Positions 59,188 to 64,000 of a stretch of 64,000 bases of DNA are shown in pieces. The stretch is taken from positions 1,506 to 65,505 of the forward strand of contig JAZNPC010000060.1 in assembly GCA_045589455.1 (NCBI GenBank), given 5' to 3'. The notes under the pieces are model-generated. The model saw nothing but the letters and a program-made list of their open reading frames with translations, did no database searches and was not told the DNA's origin. The translations under genes and the position numbers were made by a program. This DNA comes from Kiritimatiellia bacterium (GTDB lineage Bacteria; Verrucomicrobiota; Kiritimatiellia; RFP12; UBA3636). The first letter of the stretch is position 1. Every line of letters starts with the position of its first letter.

Positions 59188-59256
59188 CGTATTCTCTTTG
59201 TTATGTTTGTTTCAGGGTCTCCTAGGGCCTCATCATAGACATAGAAAGAGAATACG
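59188..59256. promoter_or_regulatory. Inverted repeat upstream of the 59295 gene: perfect 12-bp arms separated by 45 nt
   Basis: cgtattctcttt (59188-59199) / aaagagaatacg (59245-59256), followed by TTTTT, 38 nt before the ATG. Confidence 0.45.
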
Positions 59257-59294
59257 TTTTTATTGTAAATTAACAAAACCAAAGGAATGGAAAT

Positions 59295-59975
59295 ATGAAG
59301 AAAATATCAATATTGTTTGCCGTAGCAATCGCTATGATAAGCACAGCTTCATTTGCAAAAACAAATCCACATAAAGGTGAAGCCATTTATGTTGAAGAGA
59401 TTATAGAAACCATGGTTCAAATTCCTGGTAAAGATTATCTTATGGGCAAATATGAGGTAACTCAAGCCCAATGGCAATCAATAATGGGTAACAATCCTTC
59501 ATATTTTACAGGCGATTCATCTCGTCCAGTAGAGTGTGTTTCATGGTATGATTGTCAAGAGTTTATTGAGAAGCTTAACGCTCGAGCAGAAGTAAAGCAA
59601 GCAGGCTTAACCTTCTTCCTACCAACAGAGGAGCAATGGGAGTATGCTTGCCGTGCAGGAGGCACAGGTAAGTATGGCTTACTTGCAGATGGGCGAGATG
59701 GCTCCCTTGATGAGATGGGGTGGTATAAATATAATTCAGGAGACGAAACGCATCCAGTAGGACAGAAGAAACCCAATGTATGGGGGTTATACGATATGCA
59801 TGGTAATGTGTGGGAGTGGACAGCGTCGGCAAATGGTTTTTTCCGTTTTAACCGTGGTGGTAGCTACTATCATGATGCGTCTGTCTGCGAGTCGGATTTC
59901 AGGAACTGGTTCAGTCCCGATTACAGGTGCAGCTACCTCGGCTTTCGCCTCGTCGCCTCTAGGACAGGTTATTAA
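59295..59975 (+). CDS. Secreted FGE-sulfatase (SUMF1 / C-type-lectin-fold) domain protein; candidate DGR variable protein
   Basis: Signal peptide, then YEVTQAQWQ, VSWYDCQEF, LPTEEQWEYACRAG, GLYDMHGNVWEWT and a C-terminal RGGSYYHDASVCESDFRNWFSPDYRCSYLGFRLV. Confidence 0.85.
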   Translation: MKKISILFAVAIAMISTASFAKTNPHKGEAIYVEEIIETMVQIPGKDYLMGKYEVTQAQWQSIMGNNPSYFTGDSSRPVECVSWYDCQEFIEKLNARAEVKQAGLTFFLPTEEQWEYACRAGGTGKYGLLADGRDGSLDEMGWYKYNSGDETHPVGQKKPNVWGLYDMHGNVWEWTASANGFFRFNRGGSYYHDASVCESDFRNWFSPDYRCSYLGFRLVASRTGY

Positions 59976-60078
59976 CTGTGCTAAAAGAAAAGAGGAGGCG
60001 AAGCAAGCGGTGCAAATAAAAAGCACCGCAAGCAAGCCTCCGATAAATGTTTTTCAACCCGTCAAAAAGGTTGAAAAA
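59974..60078 (+). repeat. Copy B of the double-hairpin 3' module
   Basis: It starts inside the stop codon. The ggaggcgaagcaagcggtgc-aaataaaaa-gcaccgcaagcaagcctcc core is identical to copies A and C. The second hairpin ttttcaacc/ggttgaaaa lacks a T-run. Confidence 0.8.
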
Positions 60079-60336
60079 TAAGGTAATTAAACAAAGAAGC
60101 GTGAGATTACATCTATCCGTAGAAAGCTTGTTCAGCAGGCAGAGCAAGTGAAAATGAATGCAGAGCTAGCTTAAATAACAGAACTAAAGGATGTACTAGG
60201 AATAATTCAAGACCTTATGCTATAAATTGATGAGGATCCAGAAAAGCTAAACCTTGATGATTTAACATCCGAAGACCCTAACGCTAAACGCAATAAAGCT
60301 GTGTCATATTTTTTAAGTAAGTAATAAGGAGTAATA

Positions 60337-62724
60337 ATGAGAACAAATAAAAAAATACTATTGACAATATTGTCTGGATTTATATGCTTTGGACAAGTAT
60401 TTGGGCAAACAGATGAGCAAAAAGCAGCTGCGGAACGCCAAGCATTCTTCGATGAATATTGGAATGAATTAGCATCTAGAATAAACGAGCGTATAACATA
60501 TAAGGACAGAGAAGAATATTTACAGGCTGTAAAATCGCAACTATTGCATGACAATAATGATGGAACGGTTTTATTAGATGAATTTGCATCTGAATATTTG
60601 CCTAATACTTTTGCTAAATATGAAAAGGCACGTGAAAAGTCATTAGAGATTGGACAAAATCTTAAATCAGTCTTTACAAAACCATTAGATGATAATTCAC
60701 CAGAATGGCCTAGCTATATAAAGGCGACAGAAAAGTATTGTCAAATCCTTTGTGATGAAAAACGAATCCAGAATGGAATTTCATATATTTATTTATTCCA
60801 TAAGGTTGGAGCAATGAGTGATGATATGCTCGCTGAGCTTGATAAATCAGAAAAAATGAATTTTTGGTTTGAGATTGATTTTAAGCATGATTTAAATCAA
60901 TACCAAATAAAGAAAGTGGAAGGAGTTATGGAATTTGCGCAAAAGAATATGCCAGAAACCTTTGCTCTATTAGAAGCTTTTGAAAAAGAAATAAATGAAA
61001 CAAAAGTGCAGTTTGATGGAATATATGCAGAGGCAGAGAAGCAAAATTATTTCCTAGGAAATACAACACACCCAGTCTTTGTCGCATTTGAGTTTAAATA
61101 TAGAAAAACAATAGAAAAATATAATACCATAATGCAGCAAGTAAAGAATCTTCAGGTTGAGCATTTGCTTTTAGAAGTAACAGGAGATGATTTGGCTTCA
61201 CAAGATATCAAAATCGCTAAAGAGTATAAAGCCTTTAAAGATTCCTTACCAGAATTTGTAAAAACTAATGCACATAAGGGTGTAGCCTTATATGTTGAAG
61301 AGATTATAGAAACCATGGTTAAAATACCAGGAAAAGATTATCTTATGGGTAAATATGAGGTAACTCAAGCTCAGTGGCAATTAATTATGGGTGAAAATCC
61401 ATCGTATTTCAAAGGCGATTTATCTCGTCCTGTAGAGCAAGTTTCATGGAATGACTGTCAGAAGTTTATTGAGAAGCTAAATTCTTATTCCAATGAAGCT
61501 GGGTTAACCTTCTTCCTGCCAACCAAAGAGCAATGGGAGTATGCTTGCCGAGCAGGAAGCACAGGCGATTGGGGATTACTTGCTGATGGCTCAATGGGTA
61601 CACTTGATGCTATGGGCTGGTACGAAAATAATTCAGGACGCAAGACGCATCCAGTGGGGCAAAAGAAGCCAAATGCTTGGGGCTTATACGATATGCACGG
61701 CAATGTGGGGGAGTGGACTGCCTGGGAGTACCGCGACTATAACCCCATCTACTGTGGCGGTGGCTGGGATGATAGCGCTTGGTTTTGCAATACTGGCAGC
61801 GGGAGCTACAGCAACCGTGACCGCAAGTTAGACGGGGACGACGATCTCGGCTTCCGCCTCGCTGCTCGGCGTATAGTTGAATTAGTTATAAAAGCCAAGT
61901 GTGATGGAAAGTTTATTTCTGGTGAGGATTTAGTCCAATTAGGTGGCAAGCAATATGACATAGGAGAAGCTTTTGAAGTAATTGATGGAACTAACTATGG
62001 TGATGCAGAAATTAGATGCAACATAGGAGGAAAGAATTATTCAGGGCAAGTATCTATAGGCAAAGTTACGTGGAAAGGCACAAAGGAATTTGTCGTTGAC
62101 TTAAAAGAAATAAAAGAGCAACCAAGGATAACGGTAGCGGGCATAGAAATGGTACGCATACCAGATAATGCTACCCATAAAGACTTGTACTTTGGTAAAT
62201 ATGAGGTTACTCAGGCTCAATGGCAAGCAATAATGAGTAATAATCCTTCATGTCATGAAGGCGATTCATCTCGCCCAGTGGAGTTTGTTTCATGGTATGG
62301 TTGCCAAGAGTTTATTAAGGAGCTAAATGCTCGTGCGGATGTAAAGCAAGCAGGGATCACATTTAGATTGCCAACAGAGGAAGAGTGGGAGTATGCTTGC
62401 CGAGCAGGAAGCAAAGGCAAGTATGGCTTTCTTGCAGAAGGGCGAGAAGGTTCTCTATACGAGATGGGTTGGTATTGTGATAATTCAGGAGACGAAACGC
62501 ATCCAGTAGGACAGAAGAAGCCAAATGCATGGGGGTTATACGATATGCATGGCAATGTGTGGGAGTGGACTGCCTCAGCTTATGGTTCTGGCCGTTTTAA
62601 CAAAGGTGGTAGCTACTTTAATTTTGCGTCTTACTGCGAGTCGGATGAAAGGGGCTGGGACGATCCCGATGACGGGTACTACAACCTCGGCTTCCGCCTC
62701 GCTGCCTCTAGGACAGGAAAATAA
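60337..62724 (+). CDS. 795-aa secreted protein: unique alpha-helical N-terminal region, FGE domain A (aa ~318-512), a linker domain, and FGE domain B (aa ~598-795); candidate DGR variable protein
   Basis: Signal peptide. There are two complete FGE-sulfatase domains, each with ..YEVTQAQWQ.., ..EWEYACRAG.., ..GLYDMHGNV.EWT.. and ..LGFRLAA.. Domain A resembles the 59295 gene and domain B resembles the 30313 gene. Confidence 0.85.
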   Translation: MRTNKKILLTILSGFICFGQVFGQTDEQKAAAERQAFFDEYWNELASRINERITYKDREEYLQAVKSQLLHDNNDGTVLLDEFASEYLPNTFAKYEKAREKSLEIGQNLKSVFTKPLDDNSPEWPSYIKATEKYCQILCDEKRIQNGISYIYLFHKVGAMSDDMLAELDKSEKMNFWFEIDFKHDLNQYQIKKVEGVMEFAQKNMPETFALLEAFEKEINETKVQFDGIYAEAEKQNYFLGNTTHPVFVAFEFKYRKTIEKYNTIMQQVKNLQVEHLLLEVTGDDLASQDIKIAKEYKAFKDSLPEFVKTNAHKGVALYVEEIIETMVKIPGKDYLMGKYEVTQAQWQLIMGENPSYFKGDLSRPVEQVSWNDCQKFIEKLNSYSNEAGLTFFLPTKEQWEYACRAGSTGDWGLLADGSMGTLDAMGWYENNSGRKTHPVGQKKPNAWGLYDMHGNVGEWTAWEYRDYNPIYCGGGWDDSAWFCNTGSGSYSNRDRKLDGDDDLGFRLAARRIVELVIKAKCDGKFISGEDLVQLGGKQYDIGEAFEVIDGTNYGDAEIRCNIGGKNYSGQVSIGKVTWKGTKEFVVDLKEIKEQPRITVAGIEMVRIPDNATHKDLYFGKYEVTQAQWQAIMSNNPSCHEGDSSRPVEFVSWYGCQEFIKELNARADVKQAGITFRLPTEEEWEYACRAGSKGKYGFLAEGREGSLYEMGWYCDNSGDETHPVGQKKPNAWGLYDMHGNVWEWTASAYGSGRFNKGGSYFNFASYCESDERGWDDPDDGYYNLGFRLAASRTGK

Positions 62725-62838
62725 CTGTGCTAAAAGAAAAAAGGAGGCGTAGCAAGCGGTGCAAATAAAAAGCACCGCAAGCAAGCCTCCGAAAAATGTT
62801 TTTCAACCCGTTTTAAGGGTTGAAAAACCAAATTTTTT
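62723..62838 (+). repeat. Copy C of the double-hairpin 3' module (second hairpin is the terminator at 62799-62838)
   Basis: Same core as copies A and B. tttttcaaccc (62799-62809) / gggttgaaaaa (62817-62827) plus T6. Confidence 0.85.
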
Positions 62839-62983
62839 GATGACAATATGAGCCAATTTAAAATTTTCTTTGTCCCACATATAACCTGTTTCTAATCTAA
62901 TATTAGAACAAAAATCTGTTAACACATTGAGTTAGTATTCTTAGGAAGAAAACCCAATGTGTTTTTTTGTCGCTGACGCTCTG

Positions 62984-63530
62984 GCCTTCGGCGAAACGCG
63001 GAGAAAAAAGAGGCTCGGAGACACGGAGGTATTCTGGGGTAATTGTAGTGATTGCTTGCACAATTCTCCACGTCTCCGCGTCTCCGTGTTAAGCGTAAGC
63101 AATAAGTGCAACGATTAGCATAGTCCTCCTTTTCCTCCGTGAGAATCACACTTCGTGTGTCCGTGTTAGGCGAAAGCAATGAACGAAAGTGATTTAAACG
63201 CTCTTGCTCAAGCCTTCGGCGAAACACGGAGAATAAAGAGAACGGAGACACGGAGGGGTTTGGGGGTAATTGTAATGGTTGTTAGTATAGTTCTCCCTTG
63301 TCCTCCGTTCTCCGTGTTAGGCGTAAGCAATAAGTGTAACGATTTAAACGCTAACGCTTGAGCCTTCGGCGAAACACGGAGCACACGTAGTGTGGTTTTC
63401 AAGAGAACGGAGACACGGAGGGGTGCTTGGGATTGTTAGAATAATTGCTTGCACAATTCTCCTTTGTCCACCGTAAAAATCACACTATGTGTGTCCGTGT
63501 TGAGCGAAAGCAACGAGTGCGAAAAAGGGA
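62984..63530. repeat. Array of three 150-230-nt structured palindromic units (gccttcggcgaaacRcggag ... aacggagacacggagg ... cctccgtKctccgtgttaRgcg)
   Basis: Unit starts at 62984, 63212 and 63362. Each carries long-range complementary arms, e.g. 63374-63395 (aacacggagcacacgtagtgtg) vs 63481-63501 (cacactatgtgtgtccgtgtt). A fourth, truncated copy is at 1-60. Confidence 0.75.
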
Positions 63531-63829
63531 TGCTGCGACGCGGAGGACGCAGCGGACGAGATTAGACGCGAGACAACCGATAGACAATTAGACGATAGAC
63601 GTTGAACGGACAATAAGACGATTAGACGCGAGAATGGAGAAAAAACCATTCAACCCTACCTAAATTCTTCATTCTTCATTTTTCATTCTTCATTTATTAT
63701 AATGCATCGCCTCCGCGTCCCTTCTTCGCACTTTTAGCCCCCACGTGCATCACATAGCCCCACGTGCATCACATAGCCCCACATTAAAGCAAAAAATCCC
63801 GTGGGTTAATCTTGCGGGATTTTTTTTTC
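63517..63829. repeat. Right arm of the long inverted repeat (partner of 58565-58930)
   Basis: Reverse complement of the left arm, with an extra ~58-nt cgtcta-word insertion (63560-63625) and a duplicated 19-nt unit ccacgtgcatcacatagcc. Confidence 0.8.
63791..63828 (-). terminator. Terminator hairpin of the convergent downstream gene
   Basis: A6-tcccg-tgggttaatcttg-cggga-T9. Same stem as the pckG terminator. Confidence 0.7.
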
Positions 63830-63862
63830 TTTTATAAGCTTCAATTTATATTTTAAAAATAA

Positions 63863-64000
63863 CTATTTCTTATAGCGCCAATGCTTCTCTAATCCATATG
63901 GAAAATCATGTGGAATAACATTTTGGAGTTCTGCTTTTAACAAAATATTATCTCGTCCATAATGTATGAAAATCCAAGGAGCATCTTCACGAACAATGCG
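63863..64000 (-). CDS. 3' end (45 codons) of a gene continuing beyond the window; weak resemblance to C-termini of family-5 ABC substrate-binding proteins
   Basis: The reverse strand reads ..RIVREDAPWIFIHYGRDNILLKAELQNVIPHDFPYGLEKHWRYKK-stop, an open frame to the window edge. The functional guess is weak. Confidence 0.4.
   Translation of the reverse strand, partial: RIVREDAPWIFIHYGRDNILLKAELQNVIPHDFPYGLEKHWRYKK

Noticed and set aside
60091-60324. Possible pseudogene relic between the two FGE genes. One frame reads TKKREITSIRRKLVQQAEQVKMNAELA*ITELKDVLGIIQDLML*IDEDPEKLNLDDLTSEDPNAKRNKAVSYFLSK*
   Set aside because: It is protein-like, but only 75 codons long, with two in-frame TAA stops, no start or RBS, and no recognisable homology. 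It could be chance in AT-rich DNA.
62575-62784. Antisense ORFs starting MLAVLFICTAC.. from a TTG inside hairpin 1 of the 3' module (also 59787-60035; a 25-aa version exists in the orphan copy at 29183-29260). I considered a small hydrophobic type-I-toxin-like peptide.
   Set aside because: Conservation is explained by the DNA/RNA hairpin. GGAGG lies only 1 nt from the TTG, which is wrong spacing. The longer versions simply run antisense through the VR. I cannot support it without expression data.
62984-63530. CRISPR array
   Set aside because: The repeat units are 150-230 nt, mosaic and internally palindromic. There are no short regular repeats separated by unique spacers, and no cas genes.
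1-64000. Search for the DGR core (reverse transcriptase, avd, template repeat) inside this window
   Set aside because: No ORF shows RT motifs (YxDD-type). No non-coding stretch resembles the VR with adenines restored; I checked all intergenic regions of 100 nt or more by eye. The DGR interpretation therefore rests on the VR signature only.

Overview
This is a 64-kb stretch of a moderately AT-rich bacterial chromosome. I recognised no rRNA, tRNA, CRISPR array, transposase, integrase or reverse transcriptase.

(1) 2.1-14.2 kb: one uninterrupted str-S10-spc ribosomal-protein supercluster (rpsL, rpsG, fusA, then rpsJ through rplO). It has no tuf and no L30 gene. It ends at a strong terminator instead of running on into secY.

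(2) 14.6-19.5 kb: a visibly AT-richer island. It carries a tightly packed four-gene GATC-type (DpnII/MboI-like) restriction-modification operon: an HTH-fused Dam-class methylase, an unknown 178-aa ORF, a DpnII-like endonuclease and a second amino-methyltransferase. A separate ORF6N/KilA-N gene with a degenerate PLD-like C-terminus follows.

(3) 19.6-58.5 kb: mostly housekeeping genes. These are a SurA-like PPIase, a TrmH-family methylase, rsmA, lolCE/lolD, a MurC-MurB fusion, ugd, prmC, gmhA, argH, dinB, accD/accA plus a 5S-carboxyltransferase/biotin protein, clpB, hisD, a CNNM transporter, an M50 protease, PMM, pyrE and GTP-PEPCK.

(4) Most interesting: three secreted or lipoprotein genes (30.3 kb and 59.3-62.7 kb) carry four FGE-sulfatase (SUMF1 / C-type-lectin-fold) domains.
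- The three C-terminal domains share a 35-codon block. Fourteen codons are nucleotide-identical. The other 21 all differ non-synonymously, almost only at codon positions 1-2.
- That is the footprint expected from adenine-directed mutagenic retrohoming by a diversity-generating retroelement (DGR).
- No reverse transcriptase or template repeat lies in this window, so these would be remote or orphan DGR targets.
- Two of the genes end in a conserved double-hairpin 3' module (an orphan third copy sits at 29.2 kb) and sit in a 5.3-kb cassette bracketed by ~300-bp inverted repeats.

(5) Many intergenic spaces hold an unusual family of GC-rich, mosaic hairpin and short-word repeats, including a tandem array of 150-230-nt palindromic units at 62.98-63.53 kb. 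These tend to flank the accessory segments.

A PVC-superphylum origin (Lentisphaerota/Verrucomicrobiota-like) is only a guess. It rests on the Pmp-type repeat protein, the MurC-MurB fusion and the abundance of FGE-domain lipoproteins.
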